Assembly: GCA_963700425.1 (NCBI GenBank)
Contig: CAVOXO010000010.1
Location: 40,666-104,665 of the forward strand
Origin: an uncultured Microthrixaceae bacterium
Lineage (GTDB): Bacteria > Actinomycetota > Acidimicrobiia > Acidimicrobiales > Microtrichaceae
Length of the DNA stretch: 64,000 nt
Direction: 5' to 3'
Below are positions 32,552-42,000 of this stretch, in pieces. The number at the start of each line of letters is the position of its first letter. The stretch's first letter is position 1. Made by a program: the position numbers and the translations under genes. The notes under the pieces are model-generated. The model saw nothing but the letters and a program-made list of their open reading frames with translations. It ran no database searches and was not told where the DNA came from.

Positions 32552-32560
32552 TCATCGGGC

Positions 32561-33925
32561 TCACGCCCGATCCCTCCACCATCGGTCGAGTTCGGCGAGG
32601 GCCTCGGACCGCTCCATGGGGCCGTCCTCCATGCGCACGTCGAGAAGGTGGGACAGCGCTTCGCCCACGACCGGACCCGGATCGATCCCCAGATGTTCGA
32701 TCACGTCACTGCCGTTCAGATCGGGCCGGATCGAATCGATCTCCTCCTGCCGCCGGAGCTCGACGATTCGGTGTTCCAACTCGTCCATTCGGCGCGCCAG
32801 CATGGCGGCCTTGCGCTGATTCCGCGTCGTGCAGTCACAGCGGGTCAGCTCGATGAGTTCGGGTAGAAGGTGACCGGCGTCGCGGACGAAGCGTCGGACC
32901 GCCGAGTCGCTCCACCCCATCTGGTAGGTGTGGAACCGCAGGTGCAGATACACCAGTTGAGTCACATCGGAGACCATCTCGTTGGAGTAGCGCAGCGCCT
33001 TCATCCGGCTCCTGGCCATTCGGGCGCCGACGACCTCGTGATGGTGGAACGCCACGCCACCGGGGGTGATGGAGCGAGTCGCCGGCTTGCCGACATCGTG
33101 GAGCAGGGCGGCCAGACGGACCTTCAACGTCGGCCCGGTGTTGGCGACGACGGCAATCGTGTGGCCCAGGACGTCCTTGTGACGGTGGATCGGATCCTGT
33201 TCGAGTCGCATCTGGGACAGCTCGGGAAGGAACTGATCCGACAACCCGGTGTCGTACAGGAACCACAGGCCGGCGGACGGATCCTCGACCACCAGCAGCT
33301 TGTCGAGCTCGTCTCTCATCCTTTCGACCGAGACGATGCCGAGCCGTTCGGCTCCGCGGGTCACCGCGTTGCGCAGGCCGGGGAGTGGCTCGAGGTCGTA
33401 CCCCGCAATGAACCGGGCCGCCCGCATCATGCGCAACGGATCGTCGGAGAACGACTCGTCGGGGCCGAGCGGCGTCCTGAGCACCTTGGCGGTGAGGTCG
33501 CTCACGCCGCCGAACGGGTCGATCAGGGTCGGCTCGTCACCGGTGACCTCGAGCGCCATGGCGTTCACCGTGAAATCGCGCCGTGACAGGTCCGTCTCGA
33601 TGTCGGCGGCGAAGTGCACGTCGGGCTTTCGGCTGTCGGGCGAGTAGGCGTCGGCCCTGTGGGTCGTGATCTCGACGACCCGCCCGCCGATCGAGGCGCC
33701 GATCGTGCCGAATCGTTCACCCTGCGTCCACAGCGCGTCGACGGAATCCCCGATGATCGCCTTCACCTCGGCCGGGGTCGCGTCGGTGGTGAAGTCGAGG
33801 TCGGGCTCATCGATGTTCCGATCGGCGAGAAGGTCGCGCACGATGCCCCCGACCAGATAGAGCCGGTGGCCCGCGGCCTCGAAGGGCGCGCCGATCGGTC
33901 GAGCGACGTCGAGCACGGGTTGCAT
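32561..33925 (-). CDS. cca: CCA tRNA nucleotidyltransferase / poly(A) polymerase-family, with HD domain
   Basis: LYLVGGIVRDLL, DLDFTT, RRDFTVNAMA and HD region HKDVLGHT...LHDVGKP. Start is an internal Met of ORF 32561..34210. Confidence 0.85.
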   Translation of the reverse strand: MQPVLDVARPIGAPFEAAGHRLYLVGGIVRDLLADRNIDEPDLDFTTDATPAEVKAIIGDSVDALWTQGERFGTIGASIGGRVVEITTHRADAYSPDSRKPDVHFAADIETDLSRRDFTVNAMALEVTGDEPTLIDPFGGVSDLTAKVLRTPLGPDESFSDDPLRMMRAARFIAGYDLEPLPGLRNAVTRGAERLGIVSVERMRDELDKLLVVEDPSAGLWFLYDTGLSDQFLPELSQMRLEQDPIHRHKDVLGHTIAVVANTGPTLKVRLAALLHDVGKPATRSITPGGVAFHHHEVVGARMARSRMKALRYSNEMVSDVTQLVYLHLRFHTYQMGWSDSAVRRFVRDAGHLLPELIELTRCDCTTRNQRKAAMLARRMDELEHRIVELRRQEEIDSIRPDLNGSDVIEHLGIDPGPVVGEALSHLLDVRMEDGPMERSEALAELDRWWRDRA

Positions 33926-33969
33926 CCGGGGCGGGATCACGGCGGCCGACGTTATCGGGCGAGTGGCGT

Positions 33970-34965
33970 TCAACCGGCGAGTCGTGACGACAGCGACGAG
34001 ATGACCTCTCGACCGGGTCCACCCGACGTCGTCGCCTCGGTCGGCAGGTCGATGCCCACCAGAGCAGCCGTCGTGGCGGCGACGGACTCCGCCAGGGCGT
34101 CGAGGTCGTAGCCCCCTTCGAGGAACGCGACGCGTCGGCCCTCCGGCACGGCGCCGATCAGAGTCGACACGATCGGACCGTAATCCCCGGCGCTCAGACC
34201 GAGTCCACACAGCGGATCGCGCCGATGAGCATCGAACCCAGCGGAGATCAGCAGCCAGTCCGGGGCGAAGTCGTCGAGAACGCGACCCACCACCGTCTGG
34301 ATCGATTCGAGGTAGACATCTCCGGTCGCCCCCGCGGGCAGGGGCAGATTCAGCGTCGTCCCCTCCGCTCCTTCCGCGCCCACCTCACCGACGGCGCCGG
34401 TTCCGGGATAGCCAGGAGATTCATGCCACGACACGAACAGGACGTCAGGATCGGCGAAGAAGATGTCCTGCGTTCCGTTGCCATGATGGGCGTCGATGTC
34501 CACGATCGCCACCCTGGATCCGCCCGCCCGCAGTCGGCGGGCCGTGACTCCGACGTTGTTGAGCAGGCAGAACCCCATCGACCGATCAGGGGTCGCGTGA
34601 TGTCCGGGGGGTCTCACGAGACAGAACGCCGAGTCGGCCTCGCCGGATTCGAGCAGCTCGATGGCGGTCAGGCCCGCCCCCGCGGCCCGTTGGGCCGATT
34701 CCCACGACTCCGCCGACACATAGGTGTCGGGGTCCAGCATCACCGACGTCCCGGCGTGGGACTCGAGCCGCGCGACCAGCAACTCGTCATGGACCTCCAC
34801 GAGGTCCCGACGCGGCGCCAGACCGGCCTCGGCCTCGATGATCGCCCCTTCGAACTCGGGGCGGCGGACCGCGCCCAGCGCTGCGGTGTACCGCTGAGGT
34901 CGTTCGGGATGCCCTGGTGTGGGGAGGTGGGTCTCCGACGAGGAATGGTGGACAACTGCCAGCAT
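33970..34965 (-). CDS. Histone deacetylase-family (acetoin utilisation / acetylpolyamine amidohydrolase-like) enzyme
   Basis: RPPGHHA, DIDAHHGNGTQ, SAGFDAH, EGGY. Confidence 0.8.
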   Translation of the reverse strand: MLAVVHHSSSETHLPTPGHPERPQRYTAALGAVRRPEFEGAIIEAEAGLAPRRDLVEVHDELLVARLESHAGTSVMLDPDTYVSAESWESAQRAAGAGLTAIELLESGEADSAFCLVRPPGHHATPDRSMGFCLLNNVGVTARRLRAGGSRVAIVDIDAHHGNGTQDIFFADPDVLFVSWHESPGYPGTGAVGEVGAEGAEGTTLNLPLPAGATGDVYLESIQTVVGRVLDDFAPDWLLISAGFDAHRRDPLCGLGLSAGDYGPIVSTLIGAVPEGRRVAFLEGGYDLDALAESVAATTAALVGIDLPTEATTSGGPGREVISSLSSRLAG

Positions 34966-35034
34966 CGCCCTCCCAGCCTACGATTCTGGCGTCCGCTGCG
35001 ACACCGCCCGATCGACGCCCGGGAGAAACTGGCT

Positions 35035-35742
35035 GTGACCGCCCACCGACCGGCAGAAGTCCACTGCGGACGTGACCGATTCCGCATCGGCCCCTGGCAG
35101 GGCAATACCGACATCGCCTACGTGGCATTGGGCGGCACCGGACGTCCGCCGGCCCTCGGCGCCGTGGCCGAGTGCATCGGCCACATCCAGGCCCGTGGAT
35201 ACAGGTCGGTCCTCACCGCCGCGTTGCGGCCCGACGAAGCCGCTCCGTTCGAGAAGTTCGGGTTCGAGATCGTCGAGCGACTGAAGGTCCTGCGTCATGT
35301 CCTCGACACGGTGCCCGCCCCGCCGTCGGTTCGCCTTCGACGCGCTCGACGGCGCAGGGACGTGACCGCCGCCCTGGGGATCGACGCCGTGGCGTTCGAG
35401 CCGTTCTGGCGGCTCGACGAGATGGGGCTGAGGGAGGCGATCGACGCGACGGCGCACGCTCGGTTCCGGGTCGCGGAGATCGACGGGGTCGTCGGGTATG
35501 CAGTGTGTGGGCGGGCCGGCGCCACCGGCTACCTCCAGAGACTCGCCGTCGACCCCGCGTTCACCCGCCGTGGGATCGGGACGGCTCTCGTGGTGGATTC
35601 GCTCCGCTGGGCACATCGCCGCGGCGCCACGTCGGTGCTCGTGAACACCCAGTTGGGCAACACCGCGGCAGCAGACCTGTACGACTCGATCGGCTTCCTC
35701 CCTCAGACCGAGCAGCTGCGCGTGTTGTCGCACCGATGGTGA
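35035..35742 (+). CDS. GNAT-family N-acetyltransferase
   Basis: YLQRLAVDPAFTRRGIGTAL (acetyl-CoA Q/RxxGxG/A motif) within ORF 34225..35742. GTG 35035 is tentative. Stop overlaps the next start (ATGGTGA). Confidence 0.65.
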   Translation: MTAHRPAEVHCGRDRFRIGPWQGNTDIAYVALGGTGRPPALGAVAECIGHIQARGYRSVLTAALRPDEAAPFEKFGFEIVERLKVLRHVLDTVPAPPSVRLRRARRRRDVTAALGIDAVAFEPFWRLDEMGLREAIDATAHARFRVAEIDGVVGYAVCGRAGATGYLQRLAVDPAFTRRGIGTALVVDSLRWAHRRGATSVLVNTQLGNTAAADLYDSIGFLPQTEQLRVLSHRW

Positions 35743-37751
35743 CCCGACGACGCCTCGGCGTTCTGGCCGTCGCCGGCCTGGCGGCGACGATCTTCGCGAT
35801 CCCCGTCGACGCGCAACAGCAACCCGTGCCGACGGCTCGATTCGAGGTGCGGTCGGTGACGCCCTGGGTCGCCGACGGCGGCACGTTCACCGTCGCACTG
35901 GGGCTCATCGGAGCGCCCCTCGACGCGTCGCTGCGAGTCACGGTGCGACAGCCCTTCGCGGGGACCGAGAGCGAGGTCCGAGACGACATCCTCGCCTCGT
36001 TCGACGGATCGTTGACGACCGACCCCCTGCGGGAACCGGAGACCTCACTCGTCGGGGACCTCGTGGAGCCGGGAAGCGATCAGGTGACCCTCGAACTGAC
36101 GGTCCGTTCGACGCGGACCGGCGACGGCCGGATCCTGCTGCCCCAACCCGGCGTCCACCCTGTCGAGATCGACCTCGTGGACTCCGACGGAACGGAGCTC
36201 GACTCCGACATCGTGTACCTCAATCACCTGCCACCACCCGACGACGCCGAACCACACATGGCGGTGAGCGTCATCGCCGAGGCGCACGCCCCGCCGCTCT
36301 TCGACGCCGAGGGTGCCGTCGACGACATCGCCCTCGCCCGAAGCGAAGTGTCACTGCTGTCACGCATCGCCCAGATCGGCGGATTCCGACATCTGGGCGT
36401 GTCCGTCGATCCTCAGCTCCTGGTGGCGCTCGCGTCGTCGCCCGACCCCGACGATGCCGCTCTCATCGACATCCTCCGGTCTCTCCTCACCGATTTCGAG
36501 GTTCTGGCCTCGCCCTGGGTACCGCCCGCGACAGAGGCCTGGACGGCCACGGGACGCTCGCGGACGCTCGCGACGTCGTTGAAGGAGGGCCGTGACGCCG
36601 TCGCGTCCCATGTCGACAAGGCGGTCGACGGCCGGATCTGGCCGCCCGACCCGACTCTGGGGCCGGCATCACCTCCGGTACTGAGCCGTCTCGGCGTCGA
36701 TCGCCTGATCGTGGGATCCACCCGATGGGATCGATCGGTCCTGCCGAGAGGCCGAACCGGCTACGTCGGGTCCTTCGACATCGATGCGGGTGAGTCCGCT
36801 CTCACCGCGATGTCGCCCGACCCCGAAGTGGAGGACCTGTTCGTTCCGGGTTCGGGCCAACCGGAGCTCCGCGCCCACCGAGCGGTCACGCTCCTCGCGG
36901 CAGGGGCGTTGGCGACCTCGCGACGACCGAGTGCCGCGGTGTTCTCGATCGACACCGACGTCGACACCGACGTTCTCGACTCGTTCATGGCGGCGTTCGG
37001 TCCCGGCGTCGAACTCGATGGGGACCTCCTGTCGATGGTCACCCCTTCGGAAGCGTTCGAGATGGCACGACCACTCACCGAGGACGAGGTCCCGATCGTA
37101 TCGAGCCTGCGTCCCCGCAGGGACACGCCCGATCTCGACTCGGCCGAGCAGGTCCTCGCTGCTCTCCGGACGCGCTCCGCGGCCCAGGCCTCCATGCTTC
37201 CCTTCGGCGATCCCGAGTCGACCGACATCGCCAACATGTTGAACAGCGTCCAGCATCGCCTTCTGACCGACCGCGACGTCACGGCGCGTCTCGACACTGC
37301 CGACGCGGCGATCAACTCCTTCGTCGAGGCGATCTCCATGCCCCGCGCCCGCCAGGTGAACGTCACATCGCGCGAGACGACCATCCCGCTGAGATTCCAG
37401 AATTCGTCGGACCGAACTCTCGAGGCGCGCCTCATGTTGTCCAGTCCTCAGCTGGAGTTCCCGGAGGGGTCCGAGAGCCTGATCAGCCTGGAGCCCGGAG
37501 CGAACCGGATCGACGTTCCGACCAACGTACGCGCGTCGGGCGAGTTCGTGATCGACATGGCACTGATGTCCCCCGACGGCTCGTTGCTCCTCGCGGAACG
37601 ACGACAGCGCGTCCGATCGACCGCGTTCAGCGGCGTCGGACTCGTCCTCTCCGGTGGGGCTCTGATGTTCCTCATCGTGTGGTGGTACCGGACGCTCAAG
37701 GCCCGCGATGAGGAACACGACCTACATGGCGGGCAGCCGGAGGAGAACTAG
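35736..37751 (+). CDS. Large secreted/membrane-anchored conserved hypothetical (DUF6049-like by position and architecture)
   Basis: Signal peptide MVTRRRLGVLAVAGLAATIFAIPVDA, about 620-aa extracytoplasmic region and a C-terminal TM helix (GVGLVLSGGALMFLIVWWY). Occupies the position between cca and the kinase/sigM-like genes. Confidence 0.6.
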   Translation: MVTRRRLGVLAVAGLAATIFAIPVDAQQQPVPTARFEVRSVTPWVADGGTFTVALGLIGAPLDASLRVTVRQPFAGTESEVRDDILASFDGSLTTDPLREPETSLVGDLVEPGSDQVTLELTVRSTRTGDGRILLPQPGVHPVEIDLVDSDGTELDSDIVYLNHLPPPDDAEPHMAVSVIAEAHAPPLFDAEGAVDDIALARSEVSLLSRIAQIGGFRHLGVSVDPQLLVALASSPDPDDAALIDILRSLLTDFEVLASPWVPPATEAWTATGRSRTLATSLKEGRDAVASHVDKAVDGRIWPPDPTLGPASPPVLSRLGVDRLIVGSTRWDRSVLPRGRTGYVGSFDIDAGESALTAMSPDPEVEDLFVPGSGQPELRAHRAVTLLAAGALATSRRPSAAVFSIDTDVDTDVLDSFMAAFGPGVELDGDLLSMVTPSEAFEMARPLTEDEVPIVSSLRPRRDTPDLDSAEQVLAALRTRSAAQASMLPFGDPESTDIANMLNSVQHRLLTDRDVTARLDTADAAINSFVEAISMPRARQVNVTSRETTIPLRFQNSSDRTLEARLMLSSPQLEFPEGSESLISLEPGANRIDVPTNVRASGEFVIDMALMSPDGSLLLAERRQRVRSTAFSGVGLVLSGGALMFLIVWWYRTLKARDEEHDLHGGQPEEN

Positions 37752-38874
37752 CGTCCGGAGCGTGTCAGCCGCCCCACCGGGATCCCCCGAACCGCTGTCG
37801 TCGCCGGGCCGCTTGATCGCCGGTCGCTACCGCGTGGTGCGCCTCGTGGGGTCGGGGGGTATGGCGAGCGTGTACGAGGCCGTCGATGAGCGCCTCGGCC
37901 GACGGGTCGCTGTCAAGGAGCTGCACGAGCATCTCGTCGGGCATGACGTGCTCTCCGCTCGGTTCGGGCGGGAGGCCCTCGCCATCGCATCGGTCAACCA
38001 TCCCGCCATCGTGAGCATCTACGACTCCGTCGCCGGTGATCGCGACGAGGGGATCAGACCGGCCCTGGTGATGGAGTACGTCGACGGTCGAACGCTCAGG
38101 GATTTCCTCGACGAGAACGGCGCGCTCGAATCCTCTGATGTCGTGACCCTGGGCACGGCGTTGTGCGACGCGCTCGGGGCGGTCCATGCCGCGGGGCTGG
38201 TCCATCGCGATCTCACCCCGTCGAACGTGCTGCTGTGTCGCAACGGGGAGGTGAAGCTCGCCGACTTCGGAATCGCCAAGACCGACGAGGCGACGGATCT
38301 GACCGCGACGGGCGCGTTGATCGGCACGGCGCGCTACCTCTCGCCCGAACAGCTCACCGACCGCCCCGTCGACCGGCGATCCGACCTCTACGCGCTCGGT
38401 CTCGTCCTCTACGAGGCCGCAACCGGCCAGCGCCCTTTCCATGGCTCACTCGATGCCGCGGTGGCACTGGCCCGTCTGGAGAACGACCCCGCCAGCCCTT
38501 CCGCTGTCGATCACTCGGTGCCGATGGCCCTCTCGACGACGATCATGTGGGCGCTGAACCGGGACCCCGCGGAGCGTCCTGACTCCGCGGCTGATCTGTC
38601 CCATGCGCTTCTCGCGGCCGAGGACGCCGAGATCGCATCGACCCGCGGGGCTGCGACTGTGGTGGACACGACCGCGGAGATGCCGATGGTGACGACGACA
38701 TCCCCGACCGTTTCACCCTCGCTCAACGGAGGCGTACCGGCGCCCTCCCCCGCCCAGCCGGCTGAGGAGACCGCGCCACGGCGTCGATCGATGCGGATCT
38801 CGACGCTCGTCGTCGTCGCCCTGGCTGCTTCCGCTCTGGCCACGGCCCTTGCACTCGTCGGAATCATCAGGTGA
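37708..38874 (+). CDS. Hanks-type Ser/Thr protein kinase domain protein, C-terminally tail-anchored
   Basis: GSGGMASVY, VAVKEL, HRDLTPSN (Thr where Lys is usual), DFG, SPEQ. A single TM helix lies at the extreme C-terminus. Alternative starts at 37726 and 37762. Confidence 0.85.
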   Translation: MRNTTYMAGSRRRTSVRSVSAAPPGSPEPLSSPGRLIAGRYRVVRLVGSGGMASVYEAVDERLGRRVAVKELHEHLVGHDVLSARFGREALAIASVNHPAIVSIYDSVAGDRDEGIRPALVMEYVDGRTLRDFLDENGALESSDVVTLGTALCDALGAVHAAGLVHRDLTPSNVLLCRNGEVKLADFGIAKTDEATDLTATGALIGTARYLSPEQLTDRPVDRRSDLYALGLVLYEAATGQRPFHGSLDAAVALARLENDPASPSAVDHSVPMALSTTIMWALNRDPAERPDSAADLSHALLAAEDAEIASTRGAATVVDTTAEMPMVTTTSPTVSPSLNGGVPAPSPAQPAEETAPRRRSMRISTLVVVALAASALATALALVGIIR

Positions 38875-38884
38875 GGTCGCGAGC

Positions 38885-39457
38885 GTGACCGACGATGACA
38901 TCGCCCGGTGGGTGGCGGCGGCCCGACTCGGAGATGTCCCCGCCACCGATCACATCCTGCGACATGTGTACGACGGGGTCTGGCGCGTCACCCGCAGGAT
39001 GATGGGAAATGATCACGACGCCGCCGACGTCACCCAGAACGCACTGATCGCCATCGTCGCCGGTCTCCCCCGCTTCGACGGTCGATCTGCGCTCAGCACC
39101 TGGTGCTACCGGATCGCCTCCAATGCGTGTCTCGACGAGATGCGCCGCCGATCCCGTCGTCCCCATCCCGCCGAGCTCCCCGAGACATGGACGGACCGCT
39201 CCGCCGACCCATCGGCGGAGGTGTCGGACCGGGTCGACATCGACAGCGCGCTGCAGCACCTGAGCGAGGACCACCGGCGGATCTTCATCCTGCGGGAGAT
39301 GGCCGGCATGGACTACGCCGAGCTGGCCGAGCACCTCGACATCCCGGTCGGCACCGTCCGTTCCCGCCTGGCTCGTGCCCGTGGCCAGCTGGCCGGGATC
39401 CTCGACGAAGGGAACCAAACGCCCGACCCGATCGTCGAAAGGGGTGACCATGGCTGA
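38885..39457 (+). CDS. ECF-type RNA polymerase sigma factor (SigM-like by position)
   Basis: Region 2 (DAADVTQNALIAIV, TWCYRIASNACLDEMRR) and region 4 (REMAGMDYAELAEHLDIPVGTVRSRLARAR). Confidence 0.8.
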   Translation: MTDDDIARWVAAARLGDVPATDHILRHVYDGVWRVTRRMMGNDHDAADVTQNALIAIVAGLPRFDGRSALSTWCYRIASNACLDEMRRRSRRPHPAELPETWTDRSADPSAEVSDRVDIDSALQHLSEDHRRIFILREMAGMDYAELAEHLDIPVGTVRSRLARARGQLAGILDEGNQTPDPIVERGDHG

Positions 39458-40250
39458 CCAGACACCCGACCCGATCGCCGATGACGTGGACCAGCGCGCT
39501 TCGGACGCGCTGGACGGAAGGACCACCGAGCGAGATGTCGATCCCGGCGTCGCATCGCGGGTGGCTCGATTCGCGGCGATCGGCGATCTGAGCCGCGACG
39601 TGACGGTGCCCGACGAGGTGACCCGCCGCCGGCAGATCGCCGCCGCTCTCGACACGATTCCGCCCGCCGGATCGGCTCCGACGATCGGCGGCGACTCCGC
39701 AGCGGCCGGCGACCGTTCCCGCCGGTGGCGCCGACTCGCCGCCGTGGCTGCGGCGGCGACGTTGATCGGCGGCGTCGGAGCGATCATCGGGGGGGTCTCA
39801 TCGAGGACCTCGACATCGCAGGACTCGGCGGCGGTGGAACCGGAGTCGTCGGACCGACTCGACGATGCGACGGCGGGCGCCGAGGCCGAGAGCCCGGCGG
39901 TCGCGGAAGCTGCGATCGGGGTCGAGGATCTCGGTTCGTTCGACGATCTGGGCGACCTCGTCGACGCGTTCGATGCGGCCTACGACGACGGGATCGTGGC
40001 CGAACGCGCCGGCGACGACGAAGCGATCGGTTCGACCGTCGCCGACTCGCCCGCCCCCGCCGACGCCGACAGCGGTTCGTTCGACGCCGGGAGAGGAGCT
40101 GATCCCGACGACTGCGGGTCACTCGAGGTCCTGGCCACCGCCTCGGTCGGCGGTCGCCGAGTCGTGCTCTCAGCGCCCCGCGACGACGGCACGTTCGTCG
40201 TCACCTTTCTCGACGACTGCTCGGTGGTACGCCTGGCATCGAACCAATAG
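39450..40250 (+). CDS. Putative anti-sigma factor (single-pass membrane protein, acidic)
   Basis: 8-nt overlap with the sigma gene. Central TM helix LAAVAAAATLIGGVGAIIGGV. No ZAS motif. Call rests on position only. Confidence 0.45.
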   Translation: MADQTPDPIADDVDQRASDALDGRTTERDVDPGVASRVARFAAIGDLSRDVTVPDEVTRRRQIAAALDTIPPAGSAPTIGGDSAAAGDRSRRWRRLAAVAAAATLIGGVGAIIGGVSSRTSTSQDSAAVEPESSDRLDDATAGAEAESPAVAEAAIGVEDLGSFDDLGDLVDAFDAAYDDGIVAERAGDDEAIGSTVADSPAPADADSGSFDAGRGADPDDCGSLEVLATASVGGRRVVLSAPRDDGTFVVTFLDDCSVVRLASNQ

Positions 40251-40261
40251 GATCGCCGCCC

Positions 40262-40609
40262 ATGGCGAGCGACCGAACAGACAGCTCCTCCCCCACCCGA
40301 CTTCCCGACGTCAGCACGGGTCCGACTCCGGGTGATCCCGACTGGACCGACCAGGTCACCGACATGGTGGTGAACCTCGTCAGTGATGTGAAGGAGAAGA
40401 CGACCGGCCCGGTCCTCAAGGGGGGCCGCATCGCCGTCTACGGCGTGATCATCGCGCTCGTGGCGATCACCGCGTTCATCCTCGTGATCATCGGGGTCGG
40501 CCGGGCGGCTGCCCTTCTCCCGGGCCCCAACTGGATCGGTTTCACCATCGCCGGACTTCTCTTCTGTCTGGCCGGAAGCCTCCTGTGGACCCGGCGGGCA
40601 CCCTCGTGA
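40262..40609 (+). CDS. Small two-TM membrane protein, hypothetical
   Basis: ORF 115 aa with two hydrophobic helices. Stop overlaps a possible GTG start of trxB. Confidence 0.4.
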   Translation: MASDRTDSSSPTRLPDVSTGPTPGDPDWTDQVTDMVVNLVSDVKEKTTGPVLKGGRIAVYGVIIALVAITAFILVIIGVGRAAALLPGPNWIGFTIAGLLFCLAGSLLWTRRAPS

Positions 40610-41565
40610 CCGACATCCACGACGTCGTCGTCATCGGCTCGGGACCAGCGGGTCTCACCGCCGCCATCTACACGGCCCGGGCCCTGCTCGATCCTGTGGT
40701 GCTGGAAGGCGAACCGTCGTCGACGTCGGACCAACCGGGCGGTCAGCTCATGTTGACGACCGATGTCGAGAACTTCCCAGGCTTTCCCGACGGCGTCACC
40801 GGACCGGAGCTGATGGCCCAGATGCGCGATCAGGCGCTCCGGTTCGGAGCCGACATCAAGACGGTCAAGGCGTCGAAGGTCGATCTGTCCGAGCGACCGT
40901 TCAAGGTCTGGGTCGGCGACACCGCCGCCGACCCGACCTATCTGGCGCGGACTCTCATCGTCTCGACGGGGGCACAGTCGTTGATGTTGGGGCTGGAGGC
41001 GGAGGGGCGCCTGCTCGGTCACGGGTTGTCCACGTGTGCGACCTGTGACGGCTTCTTCTTCCGCGATCAGGACATCTGCGTGGTCGGCGGTGGGGATTCA
41101 GCCATCGAAGAGGCGACCTTCCTCACCCGGTTCGCCAAGACCGTGACGATCATCCATCGACGCGACGAGCTCCGGGCATCGAAGATCATGCAGGAGCGTG
41201 CCCGCGCCAACGACAAGATCCGGTTCCTCTGGAACACCGTCGTCACCGACATCGTCGGTGAGACGTCGGTCGAAGGGGTCGCCGTGCGCAACGTTCAGAC
41301 CGAAGCCGAAGAGGTGCTGGCCTTCACAGGGATCTTCGTCGCCATCGGACACCGTCCGGCGACAGACCTCTTCGCCGGCCAGTTGGACCTCAAGGACAAC
41401 GGCTACATCGTCACGGCTGCCCCCTCCACCGCCACGAGCGTCGAGGGGGTCTTCGCCTGCGGCGACGTTCAGGACGACTACTACCGCCAGGCGATCACCG
41501 CGGCGGGTTCGGGTTGTGCCGCCGCCATCGACGCGGAGCGCTGGTTGGAAGCCGGCGGACACTGA
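40585..41565 (+). CDS. trxB: Thioredoxin-disulfide reductase
   Basis: [14 protein letters not shown], redox [23 protein letters not shown]. The start may be GTG 40606. Confidence 0.92.
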   Translation: MDPAGTLVTDIHDVVVIGSGPAGLTAAIYTARALLDPVVLEGEPSSTSDQPGGQLMLTTDVENFPGFPDGVTGPELMAQMRDQALRFGADIKTVKASKVDLSERPFKVWVGDTAADPTYLARTLIVSTGAQSLMLGLEAEGRLLGHGLSTCATCDGFFFRDQDICVVGGGDSAIEEATFLTRFAKTVTIIHRRDELRASKIMQERARANDKIRFLWNTVVTDIVGETSVEGVAVRNVQTEAEEVLAFTGIFVAIGHRPATDLFAGQLDLKDNGYIVTAAPSTATSVEGVFACGDVQDDYYRQAITAAGSGCAAAIDAERWLEAGGH

Positions 41566-41635
41566 CACCCGGTCCGGGAATGACCGCCGATGCCGAAGTG
41601 TTCTTTCCCCAAGCACCGACAGACAAGGACATGTC

Positions 41636-41965
41636 ATGGCTGGATCCATCACCAATCTGACCGATTCGACGTTTCACGAAGAGATCGGCTCGGCCGACGT
41701 CCCCGTCGTCGTCGACTTCTGGGCCGAATGGTGCGGGCCCTGCAAGAAGGTGGCACCGGTGTTGGCCGAGATCGCCGACGAACACGGCGACCGGCTCCGG
41801 ATCACCAAGCTCAACGTCGACGAGAACCCGTCGCTGGCTCGTGAATTCCAGGTTCAGTCGATCCCGACTCTCCTCGTCTTCAAGGACGGGGAAGTCGACA
41901 AGCGCATCATCGGCGCAAAGGGCAAAGCTGCCCTCCTCGAGGATTTCGCCGACTACCTCGCCTGA
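41636..41965 (+). CDS. trxA: Thioredoxin
   Basis: VVDFWAEWCGPCK, IPTLLVFKDGE. Confidence 0.93.
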   Translation: MAGSITNLTDSTFHEEIGSADVPVVVDFWAEWCGPCKKVAPVLAEIADEHGDRLRITKLNVDENPSLAREFQVQSIPTLLVFKDGEVDKRIIGAKGKAALLEDFADYLA

Positions 41966-42000
41966 TCCGTCGTTCGGTCCGAGCGGGGCCGAGCGGTAGC

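Noticed and set aside
41660-41685. Additional parS-like half sites: GTTTCACGAAG inside trxA, and GGTTCCACGGAACG at about 2649.
   Set aside because: Only one half matches, or the centre is disrupted so the site is not palindromic. These are likely chance matches within coding sequence.
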